A DNA stretch of 64,000 nucleotides, taken from contig JAQXRH010000078.1 in assembly GCA_029218425.1 (NCBI GenBank), positions 7,302-71,301 on the forward strand. Reading direction: 5' to 3'. Each line of letters starts with the position of its first letter. Positions within the stretch are counted from its first letter, which is position 1. A model generated the notes under the pieces. The model had not been told where the DNA came from, did no database searches, and saw nothing but the letters and a program-made list of their open reading frames with translations. Below, in pieces: positions 1 through 11,000 of the stretch. The translations under genes and the position numbers were made by a program. The stretch is from Bacteroidales bacterium (GTDB lineage Bacteria > Bacteroidota > Bacteroidia > Bacteroidales > Muribaculaceae).

Positions 1-435
1 GGTAAGCTCGCCATGGGCCCCGGCATAGGGGTTGAGGGTGAACTCTGCCATGCCGCCGATTTCGGCAAGCGCAGTGGCGAGGGTATGGTACATGGCAAGT
101 GCTCCCTGGCAGTAGCGTGCCGGGGTGTCGGGGTGCAACGCGCCTATTACAGGGTCGGCAGCCATTTCGTCGTTGATTTTCGGGTTGTACTTCATGGTGC
201 ACGAGCCGAGGGGATAGAAGCCGGTGTCGACGCCGAAATTGTTGGTCGACATATTGGTGTAGTGGCGCACCACGGTGAGTTCGTCGGCCTGGGGCAGCCC
301 TATCTCTTTGTCGCGCAACAGGTTGGCAGGGATGGAGGAGATAGCGTCGGGGCAACCGTTATCGGGTAGCGAGTAGCCGCAACGTCCGGGGCGTGAAAAC
401 TCGAAGATGAGATGGTCGTATAGTCTATTGTTCAT
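1..435 (-). CDS. gcvPB: Glycine dehydrogenase (P protein) subunit 2, 5' part, truncated by window edge
   Basis: Not in ORF track. Minus-strand ATG at 435 reads MNNRLYDHLIFEFSRPG...; contains the PLGSCTMKYNP motif; starts 2 nt after the gcvPA stop. Confidence 0.9.
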   Translation of the reverse strand, partial: MNNRLYDHLIFEFSRPGRCGYSLPDNGCPDAISSIPANLLRDKEIGLPQADELTVVRHYTNMSTNNFGVDTGFYPLGSCTMKYNPKINDEMAADPVIGALHPDTPARYCQGALAMYHTLATALAEIGGMAEFTLNPYAGAHGELT

Positions 436-437
436 GG

Positions 438-1763
438 CTACAAGTCTTTAACTGATTGGACATAACGGTTGATTTCGTCGGCGGTACGCATCTCGGTGAC
501 GGCAATGAGCAGGCGGTGGGGGCCGGTGGCCACTCCGGCGAGTATGCCGGCGCGTGCGAGGGCGTCGACCACCTCATCGGCGGCTACGGTGGTGGTCATT
601 TCAAATTCGTTGAGGAAGGGAAGGTGGGGGTAAGCAAGACTCATCTTCCCGGTAGCGGCAAGCTCGGCGGCAAGGTGATGCGCGCCGGCTGCGCTGATGC
701 TGTTGACCTTGCGGAGCCCTTCATCGCCCATCAGCGACATGTAGATAGTGACAAACAGTGCCATAAGCCCCTGGTTGGAGCATATATTGGAGGTGGCTTT
801 TTCGCGGCGTATGTGCTGCTCGCGGGCCTGGAGGGTGAGGACAAACGTGCGCTGTCCCGACGCGTCGACGGTGGCGCCCACGATGCGTCCAGGCAGCTTG
901 CGCATCAACGACTTTCGGGCCGCCATAAAGCCCAGGTAAGGGCCGCCGAAATTCAACGGTATGCCAAGCGACTGGGCATCGCCCACGGCGATATCGGCGC
1001 CCCATTCGCCCGGCGAACGCAAAGTGGCGAGGTCGATGGCCACGCTGTTGACTATGAACAACGCGCCGGCGCCATGCACCAAGTCGGCGATGCCGGTGAA
1101 GTCCTCGATTACGCCATGACGATTGGGTTGCGGAAGAATTACGCCGCCCACATTGCCGGCAGCGAGGATGTCGCGGAGGGCATCGGTGTCGGTGACGCCG
1201 TCGCGTTCGGCCACTTCCACTATGTCGATGCCATGATAGCGGGCGTAGGTGGCAATCGTCTCTACCACAGCGGCGTTAAGCGTGGCCGAATAGGCCACCC
1301 GGGGGCGTTTGCGGGAGTTGGCCGAAGCCAAAATCATCGCCTCGGCAGTGGCAGTAGCGCCATCGTAGAGTGATGCGTTGGAAATCTCCATGCCGGTGAG
1401 GCGTGCCATCATCGTCTGGTACTCGAAGATGTATTGCAAGATGCCTTGCGAGATTTCGGGCTGATAAGGGGTGTAGGAGGTGAGAAATTCGCTACGGGCG
1501 AGCATCGCGTTGACGGCGGCCGGGGTGTAGCGGTCGTAGTGTCCGTTACCGGCAAAGCATGCCAGGGGGGCGCACTCTGCTGATAGCCTCCGGAAGAAGG
1601 CTCGCACCTCTACTTCGCTCATCGGCCCGCCCAACGCGTAGGGCTTGTGCAGACGCAATTCGCTCGGTATGTCGGCAAAGAGGGCGTCGATGCTCTCCAC
1701 ACCGCATTTCTCGAGCATCCGTGCCTTATCTTCCTCAGTATGTGGGAAATATCTATGTCTCAT
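438..1763 (-). CDS. gcvPA: Glycine dehydrogenase (P protein) subunit 1
   Basis: 441 aa; SYTPYQPEISQG, GGPYLG and QAREQHIRREKATSNICSNQ motifs. Confidence 0.95.
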   Translation of the reverse strand: MRHRYFPHTEEDKARMLEKCGVESIDALFADIPSELRLHKPYALGGPMSEVEVRAFFRRLSAECAPLACFAGNGHYDRYTPAAVNAMLARSEFLTSYTPYQPEISQGILQYIFEYQTMMARLTGMEISNASLYDGATATAEAMILASANSRKRPRVAYSATLNAAVVETIATYARYHGIDIVEVAERDGVTDTDALRDILAAGNVGGVILPQPNRHGVIEDFTGIADLVHGAGALFIVNSVAIDLATLRSPGEWGADIAVGDAQSLGIPLNFGGPYLGFMAARKSLMRKLPGRIVGATVDASGQRTFVLTLQAREQHIRREKATSNICSNQGLMALFVTIYMSLMGDEGLRKVNSISAAGAHHLAAELAATGKMSLAYPHLPFLNEFEMTTTVAADEVVDALARAGILAGVATGPHRLLIAVTEMRTADEINRYVQSVKDL

Positions 1764-1898
1764 GAATATACATTAGTTTGTTTTACGAATAAGAGTGCTG
1801 ACGACCATAGCCTCAGCATCGATTGCCAGAGGCAGGGCTGATGGCCGGGCTTCAGCGTTGCACGGCCGGGCTAAGTTTCGCGAGGCGATAACTGCCTA

Positions 1899-2276
1899 TC
1901 AATGAGGGTTGGAGGCGATATATGCCGAGTAGGCCGACTCGTCCATAAGGTCGTCCAATTCGGCTTCGTCGGCGATACGAATCTTGATAATCCAGTTGGC
2001 CATGGCGTCTTCGTTGACGAGGCGGGGATTGTCGGCAAGGGCCTCATTGATTTCAATGACTTCACCTCCCACGGGGATGATAAGGTCCGAAGCGGCCTTC
2101 ACACTTTCAATGGCGCCGAAATCGTCGCCAGCGGCAAATTCGTCGCCCACTTCGGGCATGTCGACATAAACCACATTGCCGAGGGCCTTCTGGGCGTAAT
2201 CGGAGATACCTACGTAGCCGTTGCCTTCGCCATCTACGGTGATGTACTCATGGGTGGAAGAATAATAAGTTTTCAT
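1899..2276 (-). CDS. gcvH: Glycine cleavage system H protein
   Basis: 125 aa; GISDYAQ and lipoyl-lysine motif IESVKAASD. Confidence 0.96.
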   Translation of the reverse strand: MKTYYSSTHEYITVDGEGNGYVGISDYAQKALGNVVYVDMPEVGDEFAAGDDFGAIESVKAASDLIIPVGGEVIEINEALADNPRLVNEDAMANWIIKIRIADEAELDDLMDESAYSAYIASNPH

Positions 2277-2435
2277 TGCTATATATGTTTTACGAAATTA
2301 TTGATAATCAGTTAATTGTAAATGCTTATAATCGGCAGCATGTCAAAGCGTCAATTTGGCATACCGTCCTCGCTGTTGCGCCCTGCGTGACGGGGCTGGC
2401 TGGATGGCCGTGTTGCTCCCCGAGCGGGGCCACGG

Positions 2436-3536
2436 TCATTTCTTGTAACTCTTTTTATAAAATTTCTTGGCTATCACTTTTGCGGGGAACACTTTGCGGC
2501 GCACTTTCACACGCAGGGGAGTGTCGATAGCGGCGAAACGGCTGTCGATGAGTGCCATAGCAAGACTCTTGACAACGGATATGCCTCGGTAGCCGGTGGT
2601 GACGGCTCCTATCACGTTGTCGTCGGCATCAATCACTTCGGCACCATGGCGTGCTATGGCACGGTCGAGTATCTCGAGTCCCACAAGTTTGCGAGGCGCT
2701 CCGGCTTCTTTCTGCGCCACGATGGCGTCGCGGCCTATGAACTGCGGCTTGTCGGTTTTCACAAACATGCCCAGCGAAGCCTCAATGGGGGTGATGTCGT
2801 CGGCAAGCTCGTCGCCATAGAGCGGCAGCCCTACTTCAAAGCGGAGCGTGTCGCGGCAACCGAGACCGCAGGGCTTCGCTCCGGCTGCAAGCAGGTCGTC
2901 CCAAAGCTTGCGGGTGATATCGTGGGGCGCATACACCTCAAAACCGTCTTCGCCGGTATAGCCTGTGCGCGAGATGATTACGTCGTTGTCGCCATAGATT
3001 TTGAAGTGGCCAAAGGTGTAGAACGACAGGTCGGCCGCACCGGTGGCGCCCGTCACCTTGACGAGGATTGACTCGGCATCGGGGCCCTGGATGGCGATTT
3101 CGCCGATATTGTCGCTCTGGTGATCGATACTTACATCGTAGCCCTCAGCGTGTTGCACAATCCATGCCACATCTTTGTCGATATTGGCGGCATTGATTAC
3201 CAGGAGGTAGTCATTGACACCCTGCACATAGACAAGGAGGTCGTCGACAGTACCGCCGTCGGGGTGCAACATCATGCCGTACAGGCATTTACCAGGCTCG
3301 GCACCCTCAATATTGTTGGTGAAAATCATATTGACAAACCTCTCGGCATCGCGGCCTGAGACCATCACTTCGCCCATGTGGGAAACGTCGAAGATACCGC
3401 AGGCATTGCGCACGGCATTGTGCTCCTCCACAATGCCCTCATACTGGATCGGCATGTCAAACCCGCCGAAAGGGCTCATCTGTGCCCCAAGCTCCAAATG
3501 CTTGTCGTGCAGGCACGTTTTCTTAATATCTTCCAT
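2436..3536 (-). CDS. gcvT: Glycine cleavage aminomethyltransferase T
   Basis: FDVSHMG, SRTGYTGEDGFE and GLGCRDTLRFE motifs. Confidence 0.96.
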   Translation of the reverse strand: MEDIKKTCLHDKHLELGAQMSPFGGFDMPIQYEGIVEEHNAVRNACGIFDVSHMGEVMVSGRDAERFVNMIFTNNIEGAEPGKCLYGMMLHPDGGTVDDLLVYVQGVNDYLLVINAANIDKDVAWIVQHAEGYDVSIDHQSDNIGEIAIQGPDAESILVKVTGATGAADLSFYTFGHFKIYGDNDVIISRTGYTGEDGFEVYAPHDITRKLWDDLLAAGAKPCGLGCRDTLRFEVGLPLYGDELADDITPIEASLGMFVKTDKPQFIGRDAIVAQKEAGAPRKLVGLEILDRAIARHGAEVIDADDNVIGAVTTGYRGISVVKSLAMALIDSRFAAIDTPLRVKVRRKVFPAKVIAKKFYKKSYKK

Positions 3537-3802
3537 GATTTAAGAATTAAATATATTTAGATTTAAGGTAGTCAAAAAATACGGTTATGCCGGCTAAAAA
3601 ACGCCGCAATCCATATCATTTTTCAAAGATAAAAATACTTTTCCTCTCCCCCAAATTTTATCCCCGAAATTTCAGAAATTTAATCCCACATCCGCATCCC
3701 CATCCGCAGCATAAAAATGGTCAAAAAGCTACCAAATAGCGGCAGAATAGAAAAACGATGTTAAAAAGTGGAGGAGGGCGCAGTGGTTTTGGGATATTTT
3801 AT

Positions 3803-3810
3803 TAACTTTG
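3803..3810 (+). promoter_or_regulatory. Bacteroidetes sigma-A -7 box (TAACTTTG) for the M6 protease gene
   Basis: Matches TAnnTTTG in the AT-rich divergent intergenic region. Confidence 0.6.
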
Positions 3811-3819
3811 CGAGATGTG

Positions 3820-3851
3820 TATACGGTTGATATACGGTTGATATACCGTTA
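3820..3851 (+). repeat. 11-bp tandem repeat TATACGGTTGA x2 plus one variant
   Basis: tatacggttga tatacggttga tataccgtta, just downstream of the -7 box. Confidence 0.75.
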
Positions 3852-3878
3852 TGCATAATGAAACATTAATCCACGATA

Positions 3879-6386
3879 ATGATTACTCTCTTAATTATGA
3901 ATAAATTACGTTGTTTGGCAGTTGCAGGCTTAATAGCCACGTCAATAGGAGCATGGGCAATACCGGCAAAACGGACTACTTTTGTAGCTACTCAGCCCGA
4001 CGGCACGCAAGTGACCCTCACCCGCGCAGGTGACGAATTCAATAAATATTACCTCACCGACGACCAGCAAGTCGTGGTAGGCAATAAGGCCGACGGATAC
4101 TATTTCGCCACGATAGACGCGGCGAGCGGCCGCATCACGGCATCAGCAGTGCAAGCCTCCGACGCAGCAAACCGCACCGAGGCCCAGAAAGCCTACGTAG
4201 CCGCCATCAACATCGACGAGCTCGACGAGGCAATGGCCACGACAAGCCGCATGTCGCGCATAGCCCCCGCCGAGGGGTCGCGCAGCCTGGCACCACGCAA
4301 GGCCAAAGCCTCGCTTCCGGCACAATCGGGCTACGGCTTGTTCCCCAACTCCACGTATCCCACATCGGGGTCGCCCAAAGCTTTGATAATACTTGTGCAA
4401 TACACCGATGTGAAGTTCAGCACCGCCTACGACGCCGGCGACTACTTCACCAACTTGCTCAGCAAGAAAGGCTTCAACGACTACGGCGGCACCGGCTCGG
4501 TGCTCGATTGGTTCACCGACGCTTCCATGGGGCAGTTCACCCCCGATTTTGATGTATACGGGCCCGTCACACTTTCCCGCAACCAAGCCTACTACGGCGG
4601 CAACGACATCTACGGCGACGACCTCCATCCCGAGCAGATGGTGGTGGAAGGGTGCCGGCTTCTCGACAGCCAAGTCGACTTCTCCGACTACGACACCGAC
4701 GGCGACGGATATGTCGACAACGTCTACATCTATTACGCAGGCCTGGGCGAGGCCGACTACGGCGACGAAGACACCGTATGGCCCCACTCGTGGAATCTTT
4801 CGTCGGCCAACACAACGCTGACCCTCGACGGAGTGAGAATCGAAACCTATGCCTGCTCCAACGAATCGGACGGCGTGAAGCCCGACGGCATCGGCACCTT
4901 CGTGCATGAATTTTCCCATGTGCTGGGTCTGCCCGACTTGTACCACACCAAGAGCAATGCCACATACACCCCTGGAGCATGGTCGGTGATGGACTTCGGC
5001 CCCTACAACAACGACGGCCGCACGCCACCCACCTACTCCATCTTCGAACGCAACGCCTTCGGATGGATCGACCCCATAGTCCTCGACCAGTCGCCCCGTT
5101 CGGTGGAGCTAAACGACATACTCACGAGCAACGAAGGCTGCCTAATACCCACCTCTAAGACCAGCGAATTTTTCCTTTTGGAGAACCGCCAGCAGACGAG
5201 CTGGGACAAATACCTTCCCGGGCATGGCATGCTGATATGGCACATCGACTACAATTCGGTCTACTGGAGCTCCAACACCGTCAACAACACCAAGAGCCAC
5301 CAGTATGTCGACATCGAAGAGGCCAACAACAACCCCAACAGCAGTAGCACCGCGGCGATGAAAAACTATGCATTCCCCGGCACTACGGGAGCCTACACCT
5401 CATTTACCGACACCACCACGCCCAACATGAAGACATGGTCGGGGGAATCGCTCAACACCCCTATCACCAATATTACGGAGAGCAACGGCGTGATAAGCTT
5501 CGACGTGTGCGGCGGAGGGACGGCGATAGATAGCCCGGTGGCTTTGCAGCCGACAAGCGACCAGATAGGCAACGACTACTTCCTTGCATCGTGGAACGCC
5601 GTAGAGGGAGCCGCCGACTATCTGCTCACCGTCAAGACTGTGGGCGAGGCAACCTCGGCAACCTATACCTCCGACTTCGGCAGCGGCAAGTCGTTGACCC
5701 TACCCGAGGGGTGGAGCGCCAACAGCGCCCAAGCCTACTCATCAAGCGGCAACTATGGAGAAGCATCGCCGGCATTGCGTCTCGACAAAGCCGGGCAATA
5801 TATACAATCACCAAAATGCAATGCGCCCATCACCAAAATACAATTCTGGGCAAAAGGACAAGCACAGGCCGACAACACAGCCACCCTTTATGCCGTAGAC
5901 GGCGGCACCGACACATTCCTCACCACGTTCTCCGATTGGGACACGAAGACAGGCAACACTAAGACCTACACCATCGACGCCTCCAAGAATGCGACCCAAG
6001 TCAAACTCGTCTACAACAAAGAGGGGATGGGCAATCTTGCCATCGACGACATCGTAATCACCACCGACGGGAATAGCAGCGAGACACTCCCCAACTACGA
6101 CGGCGTGTCGACCAACGGCGCCACCTCGATGCGCGTAGACAACTTGCCGGCCGGGAAAACCGACTTCGTATATACCGTAGTGGCAGTCGCAGCCGACGGC
6201 AGCAAGTCAAGACCGTCAAACGCCATAGCCGTAGAGCTTAACATGGCAGGAGTGGATAGCATCACGGCCGACGACAGCAACGCCCCGGTGGAATACTACA
6301 ACCTGCAAGGCGTCAGAGTAGCCAACCCCGGCAAGGGCATCTACCTGCGCCGCCAAGGCACGAGCGTAGTCAAGGTCATCAAGTAG
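3879..6386 (+). CDS. M6 (immune inhibitor A) family secreted metalloprotease with T9SS-type C-terminal domain; true start may be 3897
   Basis: Signal peptide; QPDG...GDEF propeptide; HEFSHVLGLPDLY zinc motif; FLLENRQ; C-terminus EYYNLQGVRV...KVIK. Confidence 0.88.
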   Translation: MITLLIMNKLRCLAVAGLIATSIGAWAIPAKRTTFVATQPDGTQVTLTRAGDEFNKYYLTDDQQVVVGNKADGYYFATIDAASGRITASAVQASDAANRTEAQKAYVAAINIDELDEAMATTSRMSRIAPAEGSRSLAPRKAKASLPAQSGYGLFPNSTYPTSGSPKALIILVQYTDVKFSTAYDAGDYFTNLLSKKGFNDYGGTGSVLDWFTDASMGQFTPDFDVYGPVTLSRNQAYYGGNDIYGDDLHPEQMVVEGCRLLDSQVDFSDYDTDGDGYVDNVYIYYAGLGEADYGDEDTVWPHSWNLSSANTTLTLDGVRIETYACSNESDGVKPDGIGTFVHEFSHVLGLPDLYHTKSNATYTPGAWSVMDFGPYNNDGRTPPTYSIFERNAFGWIDPIVLDQSPRSVELNDILTSNEGCLIPTSKTSEFFLLENRQQTSWDKYLPGHGMLIWHIDYNSVYWSSNTVNNTKSHQYVDIEEANNNPNSSSTAAMKNYAFPGTTGAYTSFTDTTTPNMKTWSGESLNTPITNITESNGVISFDVCGGGTAIDSPVALQPTSDQIGNDYFLASWNAVEGAADYLLTVKTVGEATSATYTSDFGSGKSLTLPEGWSANSAQAYSSSGNYGEASPALRLDKAGQYIQSPKCNAPITKIQFWAKGQAQADNTATLYAVDGGTDTFLTTFSDWDTKTGNTKTYTIDASKNATQVKLVYNKEGMGNLAIDDIVITTDGNSSETLPNYDGVSTNGATSMRVDNLPAGKTDFVYTVVAVAADGSKSRPSNAIAVELNMAGVDSITADDSNAPVEYYNLQGVRVANPGKGIYLRRQGTSVVKVIK

Positions 6387-6401
6387 GACGGCACGACGGC
6401 A

Positions 6402-7247
6402 ATGGAACTATTTGGCTATGAGTTTTTCCGCAACGCACTGATAGGCATCACGTTGATAGCCGTTGCCTCGTCGGTGATAGGCACCTATATCTTTGCCCGG
6501 AGGCTTGTAGCGATAGCCGGAGGCATCACCCATGCCTGTTTCGGCGGCTTGGGACTGGGCTATTTCACCGGGATAAATCCGATAGTGATGGCCGGGGTGT
6601 TTGCCGTGGGGTCGTCGGTAGGCGTAGAGTGGATATCCTCGCGCCACAACGTCAGGGAGGACTCCGCGATAGCCGTGATATGGTCGTTTGGCATGGCGCT
6701 GGGCGTACTGTTTGTATTCCTGACGCCGGGCTATGTGCCCGAGCTTAATGCGTTTCTGTTTGGCAACATACTGACGATATCGCAGGCCGACATCATCATG
6801 TTTGCCATCTTCACGGCAGTGCTTATAGCCTTTGTGGCAGCGTTTTACAACAAGATAGTGGTATGCGCCTTCGACCGCGACTTCGCCCGAGTGAGCGGGT
6901 TGCGAGCCGGGGTAATCAACACGGCGATGACAGTGCTTACCGCGATAGCTATCGTATTGACAATAAAGCTCGTAGGCGTGATGTTGCTGATGTCGATGCT
7001 CTCCCTGCCCCAGATGATAGCCGAGACGCGCTACCATCTTCTCAACCGGCTTATGATAGCGTCGGCAGTGGTGTCGGTGGCATGTTGCGTGGGGGGATTG
7101 TTTGCGTCGTGCTATATAGAGGTGCCGTGCTCGGCACTTATCGTAATCATCATGGCAGTAATGTTTGTCGTGGCCAAGACAGCGACCTACGTAATCCAAA
7201 AGCGTGGAGACCGGCGCCATCGCCGGCCGGAGCAAAGGGGAAAGTAG
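6402..7247 (+). CDS. Metal (Zn/Mn) ABC transporter permease, ZnuB/ABC-3 family
   Basis: Hydrophobic 281 aa; GITHACFGG, LFGNIL and FDRDFA motifs. Confidence 0.9.
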   Translation: MELFGYEFFRNALIGITLIAVASSVIGTYIFARRLVAIAGGITHACFGGLGLGYFTGINPIVMAGVFAVGSSVGVEWISSRHNVREDSAIAVIWSFGMALGVLFVFLTPGYVPELNAFLFGNILTISQADIIMFAIFTAVLIAFVAAFYNKIVVCAFDRDFARVSGLRAGVINTAMTVLTAIAIVLTIKLVGVMLLMSMLSLPQMIAETRYHLLNRLMIASAVVSVACCVGGLFASCYIEVPCSALIVIIMAVMFVVAKTATYVIQKRGDRRHRRPEQRGK

Positions 7248-7249
7248 AG

Positions 7250-7297
7250 CGCATGGCAATAGGCATAATAGAACGCATAGCAATAGGCATAATAAAA
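7250..7297 (+). repeat. 24-bp imperfect tandem duplication
   Basis: cgcatggcaataggcataatagaa / cgcatagcaataggcataataaaa. Confidence 0.8.
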
Positions 7298-7341
7298 CGT
7301 ACAACCAGGCAATATAACCATAGGAGAAAGGCGAGCGAGAG

Positions 7342-8046
7342 ATGAACCGGCGAGTAGGATTTCTGATAGCGATAGTCGTGACATCGATTATAGCGGTGTG
7401 CGGCTTCATACATGCCTACCATCGCTACATAGCCAATACGCCGCCTATGGAGCCCGATGCCGCCACCTATCCGATAAGAGGCATCGACATCTCGGCGCAC
7501 AACGGCGAGATAGACTTCGAGCGCGTCAAAGGAGCGGGCAAAGAGTTCGTCATAATCAAGGCCACTGAGGGCACCGACTTCAAGGACAGCATGTTTGTCG
7601 ACAACCTACGCAAGGCGCGCAAAGCGGGGCTGAAAGTGGGGGCATACCATTTTTTCCGTTTCGACACCGACGGCGAGCTCCAAGCCATCAACTTCATGCA
7701 CTCGCTGCGCAACCGTAAGCTCGACCTGCCGGCAGTGGTCGACATAGAGCGGTTTGGCAATCCCGACGGCCACGAGGCCACGATGATAATAACGCGTTTG
7801 CGCACCATGCTCACCTACCTGGAGAAGGAGGGCGTAGAAGTGATGCTCTACTCCAACAAGGACGACTATGAGCGATACCTCAAGGGCAATTTCGGCCATT
7901 ATCCGCTGTGGCTGTGCACCTTCACCGAGCCCGGCAGCGACATCCAATGGTCGATATGGCAATACTCCCACCGAGGCACTGTCGACGGCATAAAAGGCAA
8001 AGTGGATTTAAACACAATAAAGCCAGAATTTTATCGTTTCTTATAA
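7342..8046 (+). CDS. GH25 lysozyme/muramidase with N-terminal anchor
   Basis: GIDIS, IKATEG, GAYHFF, DIE catalytic motif, WQYS. Confidence 0.92.
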   Translation: MNRRVGFLIAIVVTSIIAVCGFIHAYHRYIANTPPMEPDAATYPIRGIDISAHNGEIDFERVKGAGKEFVIIKATEGTDFKDSMFVDNLRKARKAGLKVGAYHFFRFDTDGELQAINFMHSLRNRKLDLPAVVDIERFGNPDGHEATMIITRLRTMLTYLEKEGVEVMLYSNKDDYERYLKGNFGHYPLWLCTFTEPGSDIQWSIWQYSHRGTVDGIKGKVDLNTIKPEFYRFL

Positions 8047-8079
8047 CAGACACTCGCTACATATACCAGAGCAACTGAC

Positions 8080-11000
8080 ATGAGTATACTCTACGCTATA
8101 AAAAATCTACGGCCGGTGATAGTGATGATATTGTCGGCAATAATGGCATTATCATCGCAAGAGGCACGAGCCTTCGACCCGAGCACCTACGCCGCCAACT
8201 CCAAGCTGGCGACAGGGCGCTGGGTAAAGATAAGCGTCGCCGATGACGGCATGTACATGCTGAGCAACGCCCAATTGCGCAAGATGGGGTTTAACGACCC
8301 GTCGAAAGTGCATATCTACGGCTACGGCGGGCATCAGCTGTCGGACATCTTGTCGGCCGACACCTATGTTGACGACTTGCCTATGGTGCAGGCCCTGCGC
8401 ACCGACCGCGGGTTGATATTCTATGGCGAAGGGGTGGTCACGGCAGAGACCTACACAGGCAACTACGTCAGGCCCAAGCACAACGCCTTTATCGAAGAGG
8501 GCTACTACTTTGTGAGCGACGTGGAAGCCGACGATCGAGCCATACCGACCGAAGGGAGCGGCACGGCCGCCAACCCTGCGACGACATTTACCGACTACGC
8601 ATTTTATGAGAAAGACCTTGTGAGCATGGCGCCTACGGGTCAGCAATATGGTGGCGAGGATTTCCTCTACACCCCCACCCGCAAGTTTAAATTCGAGCTG
8701 ACGGACAAGGTGGAAGGGGCTCAAGTGTGGCTGGCGTGCTCATTCATGACCACGGCGAAGTCGGAGTCATCGATAACGCTGACAGCCAACGATGTAGCAT
8801 TGCCGTATGCCGCCACCGATGCCATACGAGCCACCTCCAACGACCATGGCAACTATCGCGGCATCGTCACTACGAAGAGCTTCGACGTGGATGGCGAGGA
8901 GCTCACCGTAGGTGTCACCTTCAACCGCAACGGCACCGTGTCGGCCGCCAACTTAGACTACCTGTCGGTCAACTACGAGCGTTGGCTACGCATGCCGGGG
9001 GCGCAGCTTCGATTCACCCTGCGCAACAACCAGGCATCGCTCGACAAAGCCACCGGGTCGACCGTGGTGTGGGACATCACCAAGCCGTTGTCGATAGTGC
9101 AGATGAACGCCACCCTATCTGGCAGCACATTGCGCTGGGCCAACGACTATACCAACGCCCGCACATACGTGGCATTTGACCCGACGGCGACACTGCCCGA
9201 ACCCACCTACGTAGGCACCGTGGCCAATCAAGACATTCACGGCGAGGAAGTGCCCGACATGGTGATATTCAGCCCCTCGGCATGGATATCAGAGGCCCAA
9301 CGCCTTGCCGATTTCCACCGCGAGAACGACGGCATAAGCGTGCTCGTCGTGGACCAGGAGCTGGTATTCAACGAATTTGCATCGGGCAGCCGCGATGTCA
9401 ACTCGTTCCGCAAGATGCTGAAAATGTTTTACGACCGCTCGGCGACATCCGACCGGCAACTCAAATATGCGTTGTTCATGGGCCGCGGCAGCTACGACAA
9501 CCGCCGCATCTCCACCTCGGTAAAGGCTATGACCTACCCACTGATGCCGCTATGGCAATCGGAGAAGGGGGAGACCGACATCGACTCCTACACCACCGAC
9601 GACATCTTCGCCTTCCTACTCGACGACTCCGGCAGCAATATGGCATCGGACTATTTGTGCATAGGCGTGGGGCGACTTCCCATCACGTCGGCAGGGTCGG
9701 CCAAAGTGGCAGTTGACAAGATCATAACCTACAGCAGCAAGATGGCGTCGGGGACATGGCGCAACCGCACGCTGCTCATAGCCGACGACCAGGACATGGG
9801 CGTGCACATGGACCAGATGGAGCAAATGTGGCAGCGCATGCTCGACAACGGGGGCGACAATGCCACGCATACCAAGCTATACACCGACGCGTATCCGCTC
9901 ACCGGGCAAGGCTATCCCCAGGCGCGCGACTTCATGTTCAAGACCCTCGACGAGGGAGTGGCGTGGTGGGCGTTTATCGGACATGCCAATACCACCTCCC
10001 TTACCCACGAGGGATTGCTTAAGCTCACCGATATCAACAACATGTACCTACGGCGATGGCCCATATTCATTGCGGCCACGTGCGATTTCCTGCGATGGGA
10101 CGGCAACAACATATCGGCCGGAGAGCTGATGTGGGCCCACGAGTCGGGCGGCTGCATAGCCCAGATATCGGCCAACCGACCGGTATATATATCGGAGAAC
10201 GCCTACATGACCCGAGCCTTGGGGCAGCATATGTTCACCCGCGATGCCGATGGCAGCCGTCTGACGATAGGCGAGATATATCGCCGAGCCAAGAACAGCA
10301 CCAAGGTGTCGAACACCGGGGCGCAGATGTCCGATTCCAACAAGCTCCGCTACATACTCATGGGCGACCCGGCGATGCGTCCGGCAATGCCCGAGCATAA
10401 AGTGGTAGTGGACCGCATCAACGGCATAGCACCCGGAGGCGAGGAGCAAGCCATAATGCAGGCCCGCCAGGATGTGACGGTAGAAGGGCGCGTGGTCGAC
10501 AGCGACGGCGCCACGATACAAGGATTCAACGGAGTGGTAGCCACCACGCTCTACGATGCCGAATACAGCATCACCACGCTTGCCAACGGAGGGAGCCAGA
10601 ACGGGCAGCCCGTGGGCAAGCATGTCACGTTTGAGCAACATGGCGACCGACTGTTTGCCGGCAACGACTCTGTGAAGTCGGGGCAGTTTAAGGTGCATAT
10701 CTCCATGCCGTCGAGCATAGCCAACAACTTCCGCGAGGCGACACTGAGCATGGTGGCGAAGAGCGCGTCGGGCAACATGGTAAACGACTATGCAGCAGGG
10801 GTAAACCGTGAATTTTACGTATATGGCAGCGACGACAGCGTGGTCGACACCATACCGCCGGTAATCCGTGCTATATACCTCAACCATCCGTCGTTCCATA
10901 GCGGCGACCAGGTGAATACCACCCCGATGCTGATAGCCGAGGTGGCCGACAACCGCGGCATCAACATGAACACCACGGGAGTAGGCCACCAGATGAACGT

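Noticed and set aside
3537-3700. Glycine riboswitch upstream of gcvT
   Set aside because: Short AT-rich leader without the GGAGA/CCGAAG/CTCTCAGG aptamer motifs
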